Source: Macrostomum lignano
Lineage: Eukaryota
Direction: 5' to 3'
Length of the DNA: 64,000 nt
Assembly (NCBI GenBank): GCA_002269645.1
Contig: NIVC01002257.1
Span: 62,001 to 126,000, forward strand
Part shown: positions 11,501 through 28,730 of the stretch, piece after piece
Numbering within the stretch: the first letter of the stretch is position 1
Layout of the letters: the number at the start of each line of letters is the position of its first letter
Notes under the pieces: model-generated
What the model was told of the DNA's origin: nothing
Seen by the model: the letters and a program-made list of their open reading frames with translations, nothing else
The model's database searches: none
Position numbers and translations under genes: made by a program

Positions 11501-11508
11501 GTCGTTAA
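2714..11508 (+). CDS. Paralog B, C14orf93-like putative DNA-binding protein; exons 2714-3112, 3628-4046, 4736-4833, [one of five 77-nt exons], 10294-10467, 11305-11508 (~456 aa)
   Basis: All listed introns are GT..AG with consistent phases (0, 2, 1, 0, 0). N-terminal poly-Q and poly-E tracts, followed by FDFSQPFGADVNQRV...KGWPDDIWQ and the conserved C-terminal block shared with exon 40-435. AATAAA at 11515-11520. An extra short exon between the cassette and 10294 cannot be excluded. Confidence 0.8.
3180..3600. repeat. 46-bp minisatellite, about 9 copies, filling intron 1 of paralog B
   Basis: Unit taggcggacattagaaactgcacactcagtcatgctttagagccat. Confidence 0.95.
4120..4600. repeat. ~25-bp minisatellite (tttcctggaaaccgctagtctcctg) in intron 2 of paralog B
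   Basis: gaaacc recurs at 4171 and 4196; core units contain TTCCTGGAA. Confidence 0.9.
4913..4927 (+). promoter_or_regulatory. Candidate splicing docking site GAAACGTCGCAAGTT, about 80 nt downstream of the constitutive exon-3 donor
   Basis: Its reverse complement AACTTGCGACGTTTC recurs, with only G:U-compatible changes, at 6832-6846, 7125-7139 and 8135-8151, each upstream of an alternative exon. Confidence 0.75.
5240..5690. repeat. (GATA)n microsatellite
   Basis: More than 100 GATA/GACA units. Confidence 0.97.
5887..5963 (+). CDS. Alternative exon 4A, 77 nt: (S)LPKRSRLDMIFLTFKHNNKQRSKLF
   Basis: aaacag|GC...TTC|gtaagt; phase 1 to 0; no stop. Confidence 0.85.
6115..6790. repeat. 29-bp minisatellite (aattgctcaggtagttttaattggtagct), about 23 copies
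   Basis: Direct reading. Confidence 0.95.
6832..6846 (+). promoter_or_regulatory. Candidate selector for exon 4B (AGCTTGTGACGTTTC)
   Basis: 15-bp pairing with 4913-4927 including 2 G:U; ends about 80 nt before exon 4B. Confidence 0.7.
6928..7004 (+). CDS. Alternative exon 4B, 77 nt: (S)LPPVCRLSTVFSKLRFDIRRNYKFN
   Basis: cttgcag|GC...AAC|gtaaga; phase 1 to 0; no stop. Confidence 0.85.
7125..7139 (+). promoter_or_regulatory. Candidate selector for exon 4C (AACTTGTGACGTTTC)
   Basis: 15-bp pairing with 4913-4927 with 1 G:U; ends about 78 nt before exon 4C. Confidence 0.72.
7217..7293 (+). CDS. Alternative exon 4C, 77 nt: (R)IAYKYRIDGIFSHFRTKAKSKYREI
   Basis: tttttttctag|GA...ATC|gtaagc; phase 1 to 0; no stop. 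Confidence 0.85.
7405..8052. repeat. Compound ~30-bp minisatellite (gagattaagcc/gctgtg...aaatcataggg)
   Basis: About 20 recurrences of gagattaag/gtgattaag. Confidence 0.9.
8135..8151 (+). promoter_or_regulatory. Candidate selector for exon 4D (AATTTGCGACGTTTTCA)
   Basis: 17-bp pairing with 4911-4927 with 2 G:U; ends about 60 nt before exon 4D. Confidence 0.72.
8210..8286 (+). CDS. Alternative exon 4D, 77 nt: (K)MPYTSKIVYLFSNFRAKMRIKLRNS
   Basis: tattttcag|AG...TCT|gtaagc; phase 1 to 0; no stop. Confidence 0.85.
8478..8554 (+). CDS. Alternative exon 4E, 77 nt: (R)LPCDSRIKYLHANFGVKIRARHKQK
   Basis: atctcgtag|GA...AAA|gtgagt; phase 1 to 0; no stop. Confidence 0.85.
8598..10035. repeat. 22-bp minisatellite (gagactgagtgtgagcgggagg), about 65 copies
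   Basis: Direct reading; source of spurious ORF 8459-10105. Confidence 0.97.
10485..11170. repeat. 21-bp minisatellite (ctctgtaggtctttgtgcctg) filling the last intron of paralog B
   Basis: Direct reading. Confidence 0.93.
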
Positions 11509-11549
11509 AGCAAAAATAAACTCTGGTGTCATGTCACATGTGTCCCCCA

Positions 11550-12000
11550 GCCATCATAATAAACACACAGGTGTCCCCCAGCCATCATAATAATCACACA
11601 GGTGTCCCCAGCCATGATAACAAACACACAGGTGTCCCCAGCCTTCATAATAAACATACAGGTGTCCCCAGCCATCATAATAAACACACAGGTGTCCCCA
11701 GCCATGATAACAAACACACAGGTGTCCCCAGCCTTCATAATAAACACACAGGTGTCCCCCAGCCATCATAATAAACACACAGGTGTCCCCCAGCCATCAT
11801 AATAAACACACAGGTGTCCCCCAGCCATCATAATAATCACACAGGTGTCCCCAGCCATCATAATAAACACACAGGTGTCCCCAGCCATCATAATAAACAC
11901 ACAGGTGTCCCCCAGCCATCATAACAAACACACAGGTGTCACCCAGCCATCATAATAAACACACAGGTGTCACCCAGCCATCATAATAAACACACAGGTA
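11550..12000. repeat. ~30-bp minisatellite (cacaggtgtccccagccatcataataaaca)
   Basis: About 14 copies. Confidence 0.93.
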
Positions 12001-12891
12001 TTAAGTAAGTATTAAAAAGTAAGTAAAAGTCATCTATTTGAAACCAATATTCTCTTTGTATTTGTCTTATTCTGCATCAAATTTCATGTCATCATCAGTT
12101 AGCTTTTTTAAATTCAGTCCGGCAGGTGTTTCTGCAGTTCATTGTTCTTTTTTTTCTTTTTATAATTTTTCGCTATGCTTTAGTAAAAATTTCATGTTCA
12201 TTATTAACTACTGTTTAGGTTGAGTCGATATGTTTTAATTCATGCATGTGCGATCCGGTGCCAAACATCGCGCGCACACGCTCTACATATACTACTCAAT
12301 ACAGACACTTACTAGTAGCAGCTACTAATTCCCGTTCATATTTTTAATCCCGTCTGGACGTTGTACAGCCTGTGTGCATCTATCATATTTATATATTTGC
12401 TTGCTATTCATCTTTTTTGTCAGCTGCGTTCACTGTTACAATGCTTATTAATATTAATATTGATAATTATCTGTATAATTATATTAAGCTTGTGTGTCCA
12501 TGTGCAATTATATCTTACTTTCCTTTTTCTTACTATTACTATTGTTAACTACTATAATATTAAATATCTGCTGCACAACTGTGTCCAGCCTGTGTTGTTC
12601 TGATCCAATAAAACCATCTGATCTGTTTGCATAAATACACAATTGGTTGGCTACTCCGATACCGCAACTTCAATTGCCATCCATCCAATGTACTTTTAAG
12701 TTGAAAACGAAAATTTTTCCTGCATTTTTTATTTCAAAGAAAAGGCACTACTTATTTGTTATGTGTATAAGTAGTATGATGCTAGTTTTAGAAACGAGCC
12801 AGGTCTTTAAAGACTATGCAGCCTATATCCGTTGCAATTCATGCGTATCCGGCATCGCTAGACATTGGGAGCGGTGTTGCGGCAATGCGCA

Positions 12892-19203
<6,312 letters not shown>

Positions 19204-19399
19204 CAGCGGGGTTGGCTGGGTGTCGGGTGGAATTGACGGGCTGTGGGAAATTAAGAACCAATTTGATGTCAGGTGAAACCATTGGGTGTCAGGAGTGCCA
19301 GAAGTACAGGGCTTGTCGGATGGGCAAAAGAATAAGATATGATGTCAGGGACAGGTGAGGTGTCCGGGGGGAACTGGTGAAGTGTCAGATGGCGAGTGT

Positions 19400-19592
19400 C
19401 AGATGAGGGCAGGTGGGGTATCAGATGGGGCAGGTGGGGTATCAGATGGGACAGGTGGGGTATCAGATGGGGCAGGTGGGGTGTCAGATGGGGCAGGTGG
19501 GGTGTCAGATGGGGCAGGTGGGGTATCAGATGGGGCAGGTGGGGTGTCAGATGAGGCAGTTGGGGTATCAGATGGGGCAGGTGGGGTGTCAT
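19400..19592. repeat. 21-bp G-rich minisatellite (gggcaggtggggtatcagatg) in the probable STAT 3' UTR
   Basis: About 9 copies between the stop (19203) and AATAAA (19850). Confidence 0.9.
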
Positions 19593-20004
19593 AGGTACAA
19601 GTGAGGCGGCAGGGGAGTAGGTCAAGTGTCAGGGTAGTCAGTCAGTGTCAGTTCAAAATTGTCATCTAATTACTATAAGTAGTCCGCACCCAGCTTTTGC
19701 TGGCCAAATCAAGTTTATTTGGGCGGGAATTTTAAATTTCATAATCTGTAGCGACACCAAAGCAGCCACTTGACAACTCGTGTTACCTTGTGTTTTTGTT
19801 TTATGTCTATCATGCACAACGCTATTCTAGTTATCATTTTCCATTGATCAATAAAATGTATTGTTGTTACTAATCTCATCCGCTTTAGTTATGGACGATT
19901 GCCAAATTCTCAACTAAAACTTTCCTGACTGACTTACTGCAGTGCCTCTTTCTGTCTTGTACTCAGGTGCATGTATGGGCTGGAGGTCTGGGCACTGCCT
20001 CCCA

Positions 20005-20265
20005 GATCGTCTCCTCTCCCTCTCCTCTCCCTCTCCCTCTCTCCTCTGCCTCTCTCCTCTGCTTCTCCTCTCCCTCTCCCTCTCTCCTCTGCTTCTCCTC
20101 TCCCTTTCCCTCTCCCTCTCTCCTCTGACTCTCCTTTCCCTCCCTCCTCTCCCATTCTCCCTCTCCTCTCTCTCTCCTCTCTTCTTCCTCTCCCTCTCCC
20201 TCTCTCCTTCTCCCTCTCTCCTCTCCCTCTCCTCTCTTCTTCCGCTCCTCTCTCCTCTTTTATCT
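20005..20265. repeat. Pyrimidine-rich (CT/CCT) low-complexity tract
   Basis: Direct reading. Confidence 0.9.
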
Positions 20266-20533
20266 CCCTATAGCCTCTTTTCTTCAATCAATCGCCCGTC
20301 TTTATCCGTCCCCTATATCCTTCGTATCTATCCTCTACCTCTTCCATCTCCCATCTGCATCTTCCCCCTATTTTCATTTCTCATCCCCAAGCCTCGCCAA
20401 GATGGCCCGAATGAAACATCATTAGTTGGATATTGAAGTTATCCGCGGTCATATATTTCTTCTGTATATTGGGGATACATCCGTGACTACTCATATTCAT
20501 ACAGATTCCAAAACTCGGTCCAACCCAGCCAGG

Positions 20534-20801
20534 TCACCAGCGAATCGGATTCGGCCGAACCGGTAGCCGGCAGACTGGCCGGTTGCCGGCGTAGCGGCAC
20601 TCGGTGCCCGGGCAGCAGGCGCAGCGGAACATGCCGCAGGGCTGCCTGGCCTCGGTGCATTGGTCTTCGCAGAATGGCCACGATGTTTTCAGCTGCTGGG
20701 ACGACTCGTTAACGGCGGCGTCTGCTGCGCCGGCGTTGATGATGAACAGCAACATAGTCAGGGAGACCAGGGCGACTGGCAGCTGGGTTGGCTGGTTGGA
20801 G
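20534..20801 (-). CDS. Exon encoding a secreted 8-Cys knottin (ICK)-like peptide precursor: ...QLPVALVSLTMLLFIINAGAADAAVNESSQQLKTSWPFCEDQCTEARQPCGMFRCACCPGTECRYAGNRPVCRLPVRPNPIRW*
   Basis: Minus-strand acceptor taatttcag| at 20802-20803; hydrophobic signal-like stretch ending in ADA; Cys pattern C-3-C-6-C-4-C-1-CC-4-C-8-C; GC-rich codon use. No upstream start exon found. Confidence 0.7.
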
Positions 20802-20844
20802 CTGAAATTACAGCGTCGATTTGGGTGCAGACTGGTTGCCGACA

Positions 20845-21100
20845 CTCCGCTACACAGTGTCACAGAACTGACTGACAGGTGATTGATGACGGAGCTACAC
20901 AGTGTCACAGAACTGACTGACAGGTGATTGATTACGGAGCTACACAGTGTCACAGAACTGACTGACAGGTATTGCTGACGGAGCTACACAGTGTCACAGA
21001 ACTGACTGACAGGTGATTGATGACGGAGCTACACAGTGTCACAGAACTGACTGACAGGTGATTGATGACGGAGCTACAGTGTCACAGAACTGACTGACAG
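20845..21100. repeat. 45-bp minisatellite (gacaggtgattgatgacggagctacacagtgtcacagaactgact), about 5.5 copies
   Basis: Direct reading. Confidence 0.93.
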
Positions 21101-21905
21101 AGGATTGGTGACAGAGCGAGAAAGCGTCAGTAGAATCTATGAAGGATTGGTGAAGGAGCGAGAAAGCGTCAGTAGAATCTATGAAGGATTGGTGACGGAG
21201 CCAGAAAGCGTCACTAGAATCTATGAAGGATTGGTGACGGAGCGAGAAAGCGTCACTAGAATCTATGAAGGATTGGTGACGGAGCGAGAAAGCGTCAGTA
21301 GAATCTATGAAGGGTTGGTGACGGAGCGAGAAAGCGTCAGTAGAATCTATGAAGGATTGGTGACGGAGCGAGAAAGCGTCAGTAGAATCTATGAAGGATT
21401 GGTGACGGAGCGAGAAAGCGTCAGTAGAATCTATGAAGGGTTGGTGACGGAGCGAGAAAGCGTCACTAGAATCTATGAAGGATTGGTGACGGAGCGAGAA
21501 AGCGTCAGTAGAATCTATGAAGGGTTGGTGACGGAGCGAGAAAGCGTCAGTAGAATCTATGAAGGGTTGGTGACGGAGCGAGAAAGCGTCACTAGAATCT
21601 ATGAAGGATTGGTGACGGAGCGAGAAAGCGTCAGCAGAATCTATGAAGGATTGGTGACGGAGCGAGAAAGCGTCACTAGAATCTATGAAGGATTGGTGAC
21701 GGAGCGAGAAAGCGTCACTAGAATCTATGAAGGATTGGTGACGGAGCGAGAAAGCGTCAGTAGAATCTATGAAGGATCGGTGACGGAGCGAGAAAGCGTC
21801 AGTAGAATCTATGAAGGATCGGTGACGGAGCGAGAAAGCGTCAGTAGAATCTATGAAGGATTGGTGACGGAGCGAGAAAGCGTCAGCAGAATCTATGAAG
21901 GATCA
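21100..21905. repeat. 42-bp minisatellite (ggtgacggagcgagaaagcgtcagtagaatctatgaaggatt), about 19 copies
   Basis: Direct reading; spurious ORF 21105-21944. Confidence 0.95.
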
Positions 21906-24059
21906 GATATGATGCCGGGAGTGCCACTAGAATTGATTAATTAAGGATTAGTAACGGTTAATGCATATACACTGTAATGTCACGTGACTGCATGACTTCT
22001 ATCTGTGCAACGCATTCACCTTCACCCGTAGCCGAGGCAGCAGTTCAGGAAATTTTGAAAGCTTTGCATTATTTCAACTAGTATAACTTGAGTGGAATTT
22101 CTTATCAAAACAATTTGCAAACGCAGCGGCAGAGCAAGCAATTCGTTTGTTGGAAAATTTTTCCCCTAATCTGGACGCGAAAAGTAGCAAGAAGGTTGGC
22201 ATTCGCTCGCTCGAACTCCAAATGCTTGAGCTGCCCGCTATCAGTGGCGCTCAGGTCCAACTAAAATTTGCAAGTTGCTTTCATAATTGGCGCTCAGCAG
22301 GTGGAGATCAAGTAAGTAGGGGACTTGCTCTGTTCTAAACTAATTTTTTCTTATCTCAACTCCACCGACAGACTCGCAGTAACTGAGCTATGCAATTCAA
22401 TCGCAAGTCTGAAGTTGGAAGGGAAAATGTAAAAAGTTAATAAACAAAAAATCACCTCGTTTTAGCCATTTCTGGAGTTTAGCCTCAAGGATTAATTTGA
22501 TGGCTCGAAGCTTCCGAACTTTTAATCTTTGAACGCTAATTGCACTGGAATTCGTTAAGTCCTCGTTTCAATGTACATGTAGCTCACTAATAAATAAATT
22601 TATTAGTCTCAAAGGTTCAACACAGCCAGCCCTTTAGTCTTAGAGTACTTTCGTATCCTTGTGCTTTCTGCAGTCTATGGCCAGAGTGTGGGTTCTCTAA
22701 GGCCGAATTCTTCATTATCGACTCGTTCCCGGCTTGAACTTTAATTAAAAGACAGTACGAGAAAAATAAGTTTAAAAAATTGAAATGGTTTCTTAGAAAA
22801 AATAGCGATCATTCTGTCGTTTATTTTATTGTTTAAAAAAATTCAAAACAAGCAAATAAAATTTAAATAATTTTATTTAAAACTTGCGTCTTTGTTGGCG
22901 CGAATTTGAATTTAAAAGAAAATACAATCAATAAATGAGATGAGAAAATATCGAAAATGTAAAAAAATGGGTAACGGTGCTTAAAGCTCAGCGAGTGACA
23001 GCTGCGCAGACTGCTTCCAATCACATTGCTGAGTTAATGACCAAATTGTTTAATAAAGCCATTCTCCCAGTGTCTTAATAGCGATGGAAGAAATGTACAC
23101 AGCTGACAAACAGAAGCTTAAGATTGTGTTAAACTTGGATTTGAAACCTTCTTGCTGAACAAAGCGACTCAACACCAGCTGCCAGAATGGCTTTCTCTCT
23201 CTATGACAGCTCCGAAATGGCCTCTGAGGCAGGATATTTCAGCCTCATATTTGGCGAGAGAAAACGCATCCTGTACAGCTGATGCCGAACCGCCAAGAGT
23301 ACACCAGCTGGGAGCTAGAGGGTTCGATATTCGACGCGCTGCAGATCCGGCCGACCTCTCTGCAGTCCGCGAACTCGACAGCCGATTCAGATTCAGAATT
23401 CAATTTCAACAGATTACAAACGGAGAGTGCAGCGGCTGTCGGGGGGCTCCCAACGGCGGCTGTTTAAATGCTGTCGGCGCTATCAGCTGGGTAGGGTGAG
23501 GCGGGGGGGGGGGCACAGCGCCGCAGCGGGTTGCCGATAAGGCAGGGGGCGACCCGTGCCAGCGATAACTTCGCCTGCCTCTCGTGTGTCAGGCACTGTC
23601 AGGCCCTGCAGTGGCAGCCTGAGTTGCCTTCAAACCCCCGCAGAGGGGTGACACAAGCGGTGGGCGGGGGGGGTGATTATCAGGTGCAATCGGGGCCAGC
23701 TCCAAGTTCGAACCGGTTTCCATAGGAGAGTCTTCTGCTTCTGCACCAGCCTTTCCAATAGGCTGGCTTATCAGCTGAGAGAGGCGAGTGAAGTTTTGCT
23801 TGGCAATCAAGAAGCCAACAGGCTGCACCGGCTTCAAAGGCAGGTAAAAGGGTCCGGTGTCAGGGTCCACTCGGCACTGACCTTCCAGTTTTTAGGGGCC
23901 GAATTGGCTGCACTCAAATTATTGCCATCGGGTAACAGCTGAGAGCAATCAGCTGATGTGTCTGCTTGTACTTTTAAACTGCCTGAAAAATGGTTTTTTT
24001 ATACTGCTTTGTTTTACTGAATGTCATCCGGGTTGAATTACAAAAGCTGACTTAGATTT

Positions 24060-24600
24060 AGATTAGGTGAGGTGATTGGGGTAGATTCAGTGGGGTGATT
24101 GGGGTAGATTCAGTGGGGTGATTGGGGTAGATTCAGTGAGGTGATTGGGGTAGATTCAGTGGGGTGATTGGGGTAGATTCAGTGGGGTGATTGGGGTAGA
24201 TTCAGTGGGGTGATTGGGGTAGATTCAGTGGGGTGATTGGGGTAGATTCAGTGGGGTGATTGGGGTAGATTCAGTGGGGTGATTGGGGTAGATTCAGTGG
24301 GGTGATTGGGGTAGATTCAGTGGTATGATTGGGGTAGATTTACTGGCGTGATTGGGGTAGATTTAGTGGCGTGATTGGGGTAGATCCAGTGGGGTGATTG
24401 GGGTAGATTCAGTGGTTACAGAATGGGGTAGATTCAGTGGTTACAGAATGGGGTAGATTCAGTGGTTACAGATTGGGGTAGATTTAGTGGTTACAGAATG
24501 GGATAGATTTAGTGGTTACAGAATGGGATAGATTTAGTGGTTACAGAATGGGATAGATTTAGTGGGGTGATGGGGGTAGATTCAGTGGGGAGATTGTGGT
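24060..24600. repeat. 23-bp minisatellite (ggggtgattggggtagattcagt)
   Basis: About 22 copies, with a variant (ggttacagaat) block at the 3' end. Confidence 0.93.
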
Positions 24601-25519
24601 AGACTGAGGTTGGAGATTTCGATATATTCAGCACAGATGAGACTCAATAGAGTCGTCAATAAGATTTTTGTAGACTTCAAGCGCATTTTTCTGCTGCTTG
24701 ATTTTTCTAAAATTTCACTTACAATGCTTTTTCTGCTACTACTAGTAGTAGCAAATCAATGATGCATAAAATTAGATTAGTTTTTAACATTCAAAATGCA
24801 ATTTTATGACTGTTTATTTTCCTTTTGATAATCATAAGGATGATTGGAATCTAATACATTAAGACCACTCGTTTAACAACAAAGGGACAAGAGTCTCCAT
24901 CGCCGTTCCATGCTCCACATCTTCCAACATCCGTTCTTCAGACGGAACAAGGAAGCTCAGTAATGATGGACCGTCGGACCCTCAGACCTGAAACTCATTT
25001 CGTTTCGTCATCACTGTTGCAATTCCAGGATCTGCTGCCCCCAGGCTGGGGAGCACGCAGGCCCTCTGACCCGTGGCACTCTGCCTCGTCATTGCAATAA
25101 TAATGGAACAAAAGAGGTGGTCACGTGTGCCAATGAGACCTACAATAACTGGTCTTTGGGGGCGAAGAGTGTGGGAAGAATCCCCTGTTATAATACTTCC
25201 TTATTATACGCCTTTGCCGCCCGCATGCGTTCGGTTTGTGGGCGAAGCTCTATAGAGGAAGTGTCTGGAGTAGGGGAGGAAGGAGTCTGCATGCAATTTC
25301 TTTGAAATTTGATTTGAATAAGGCGCTTAATTTTGATATCTGGATGTTGTTGTTGTTGTTGCTTTTGTAGTTCATGATTGTTGTTCATGATGAACAATGG
25401 GGTTTACGAGTATGATAGATAATTGCTAACTTATTTTTTACCCTCTCTATAGTACACTCGCAAGTTGCTTTCGTAAAGCCCAAAAAGGAATGTGGAAGGA
25501 AAGAAGCCCTCTCCTCTCG

Positions 25520-27085
25520 AGAGGGGAGAGATGAGAAAGAAGATGAGATGAAAGAGAAGATGAGAGAGGAGAGGAGAGGAGAGGAGAGGAGAGGAGAGGA
25601 GAGGAGAGGAGAGGAGAGAGAGAGAGGAGAGGAGAGAGAGAGAGGAGAAGAGAGAGAGGAGAAGAGAGGAGAGGAGAAGAGAGGAGAGGAGAAGAGAGGA
25701 GAGGAGAGAGAGGAGAGAGAGAGAGGAGAAGAGAGAGAGAGGAGAAGAGAGGAGAGGAGAAGAGAGGAGAGGAGAAGAGAGGAGAGGAGAGAGAGGAGAG
25801 GAGAGAGAGAGAGAGAGAGGAGAGGAGAAGAGAGGAGAGGAGAAGAGAGGAGAGGAGAGGAGAAGAGAGGAAAGGAAAGGAGAGGAGAGGAGAGGAGAGG
25901 AGAGGAGAGGAGAGGAGAGGAGAGGAGAGGAGAGGTGAGGAGAGGAGAGGAGAGGAGAGGAGAGGAGAGGAGAGGAGAGGAGAGAGAGAGAAGGAAGAGG
26001 GAGAGAGGAGAGGAGAGGAGAGGAGAGGAGAGGAGAGGAGAGGAGAGGAGAGGAGAGGAGAGGAAAGGAGAGGAGAGGAGAGCAGAGGAGAGGAGAGGAA
26101 AGGAAAGGAAAAGAGAGGAGAGGAGAGGAGAGGAGAGGAGAGGAGAGGAGAGGAGAGGAGAGGAGAGGAGAGGAGAGGAGAGCAGAGGAGAGGAGAGGAG
26201 AGGAGAGGAGAGGAGAGGAGAGAGAGAAGGGAAGAGGGAGAGAGGAGAGGAGAGGAGAGAGAGAAGGGAAGAGGGAGAGAGGAGAGGAGAGGAGAGAGAG
26301 AAGGGAAGAGGGAGAGAGGAGAGGAGAGGAGAGAGAGAAGGGAAGAGGGAGAGAGGAGAGGAGAGGAGAGAGAGAAGAGAGGAGAGGAGAGAGAGGAGAA
26401 GAGAGAGAGGAGAAGAGAGGAGAGGAGAAGAGAGGAGAGGAGAAGAGAGGAGAGGAGAGGAGAGGAGAAGAGAGAGAGGAGAGGAGAGGAGAAGAGAGGA
26501 GAGGAGAAGAGAGGAGAGGAGAGGAGAAGAGAGGAAAGGAAAGGAGAGGAGAGGAGAGGAGAGGAGAGGAGAGGAGAGGAGAGGAGAGGAGAGGTGAGGA
26601 GAGGAGAGGAGAGGAGAGGAGAGGAGAGGAGAGGAGAGGAGAGAGAGAGAAGGGAAGAGGGAGAGAGGAGAGGAGAGGAGAGGAGAGGAGAGGAGAGGAG
26701 AGGAGAGGAGAGGAGAGGAAAGGAGAGGAGAGGAGAGCAGAGGAGAGGAGAGGAAAGGAAAGGAAAAGAGAGGAGAGGAGAGGAGAGGAGAGGAGAGGAG
26801 AGGAGAGGAGAGGAGAGGAGAGGAGAGGAGAGCAGAGGAGAGGAGAGGAGAGGAGAGGAGAGGAGAGGAGAGAGAGAAGGGAAGAGGGAGAGAGGAGAGG
26901 AGAGGAGAGAGAGAAGGGAAGAGGGAGAGAGGAGAGGAGAGGAGAGAGAGAAGGGAAGAGGGAGAGAGGAGAGGAGAGGAGAGAGAGAAGGGAAGAGGGA
27001 GAGAGGAGAGGAGAGGAGAGAGAGAAGGGAAGAGGGAGAGAGGAGAGGAGAGGAGAGAGAGAAGGGAAGAGGGAGAGAGGAGAGC
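25520..27085. repeat. ~1.55-kb (GAGAG)n-type homopurine satellite
   Basis: Almost exclusively A/G on +. Confidence 0.97.
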
Positions 27086-27737
27086 TCAGAAGAGACGCAA
27101 GCCTTGAGCGGGCCGGATTGCTATTTTGAAGTTTCAAAGGACCCAAGGGCTGGTAAGAGAGGCTTCGCGGGCCAAAGGTTGCCCCTCCTGCAGCCAGTCA
27201 AGTGTCACAAAATTTCCCAATCCAGATTGTTACGCCTTGGATCTCCTTGTCCGCGCGGTCAGATGCGGGCTGCTGTTTTAATTCAATTCGACACCTTCGC
27301 CCCAGACTCCCAAGGCCTGACTGGCCTTTCTCTGCCGTCAACACCACCGCGTGGCCTTCCTTTGCCCTGCGCCCAACCGGACCTGCGGGTCCCGCATCCT
27401 CAGCAACTTATAATTGCGGAACCAAGGCAGTGAGCGAACCAAACAGGGGGCGGGGTGATTTTGGTGTTGGAGAGATGAAGCAAGAAAAACGTCCAAAACT
27501 GAGGTGGGGGCCCGCATCTTGCCCACCCGCTGATGTCTCGATGATGAACGAACGAAAAGCCTGGGAGAAGTGAGACGAGACCGCTATGATAATTCATTTT
27601 TTGGTAAACAGTCCTATCAAAGTCTTCTGTGACTTGATTTGAAAATGCATCCAAAAATTTCTTCTGCTCTTGTGGACTCTTTCAGATATTTTAACTCGTT
27701 TCCAGATGGCATCCACGTGTAGCTTTTAAATTGCTTC

Positions 27738-27975
27738 CAGGTATCTTCCAAGTATAGCTTCCAAATATAGCTTCCAAGTAAAGCTTCCAAGCATAGCTTC
27801 CAAGTATGGCTTCCAATTAGCTTCCAAGTATAGCTTCTAAGTATAGCTTCCAAGTATAGCTTCCAAGCATAGCTTCCAAGCATAGCTTCCAAGTATAGCT
27901 TCCAAGTATAGCTTCCAAGTATAGCTTCCAAGTATAGCTTCCAAGTATAGCTTCCAAGTATAGCTTCCAAGTATA
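27738..27975. repeat. 13-bp minisatellite (gtatagcttccaa)
   Basis: About 17 copies. Confidence 0.92.
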
Positions 27976-28529
27976 GTTGTCATTGCACTACAGAATTATT
28001 TATTTTATTACTGCCTGCCTAGGGCAGAATGACAGAGGTCACCTGCCGTTCTCCTCTGCATATTAATTATCAATACGCAGTCTGGTATATCTGTTTATAT
28101 AGAGTACCGACTGACTAAATCCCAGTCAAAGGCAGGGCATTCAGCTGTTTAACCCCCACGCAAGGCTGCACCTACGTGTAATTAATTCCTAGAAATGCAA
28201 CCAAGCGATCCCACCTGGTATAATTTCGATAAATCCCCCATATTGATAAAATCGAGCCACTCAATTCAAGCTCGCGCAGCACGAAACCAAAGGCAGAGTG
28301 GAAGCTTCTCTTTGCGATGGGAAAAATCTTTTTAGTCACGAATTTCCCCCTTTTTCAGAGTCAGTTTAGTTTGGCTTAGTCAAGCAAAAATAATTGAGCC
28401 GGTTCACAGACACGCGACCAAAGGTTTAGCTCTCATGCATACCCGATACCTATTGTTGTTGGGATGAATCCCAGTGCCCCCATAATAGGGGATTTCTTTG
28501 AAAATTGATATCCTCCTAAATCTGCTTGA

Positions 28530-28730
28530 GTTCGATCATGGAGTTCTGTGCTAGAAGTGTCTGGAAAGGAAACTGCCTGTGCTGAAGACCTGACCATGGA
28601 GTTCTGTGCTAGAAGTGTCTGGACAGGAAACTGCCTATGCTGAAGACCTGACCATGGAGCTCTGCTAGTGCTAGAAGTGTCTGGAAAGGGTAACTGCCTA
28701 ATGTATGATGAAGACCTGACCATGGAAATT
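28530..28730. repeat. ~60-bp unit x3 (gacctgaccatggagttctgtgctagaagtgtctgga...)
   Basis: Direct reading. Confidence 0.85.

Noticed and set aside
23152-23942. GC-rich ORF-like stretches on both strands
   Set aside because: No recognisable domain or coherent splice structure.
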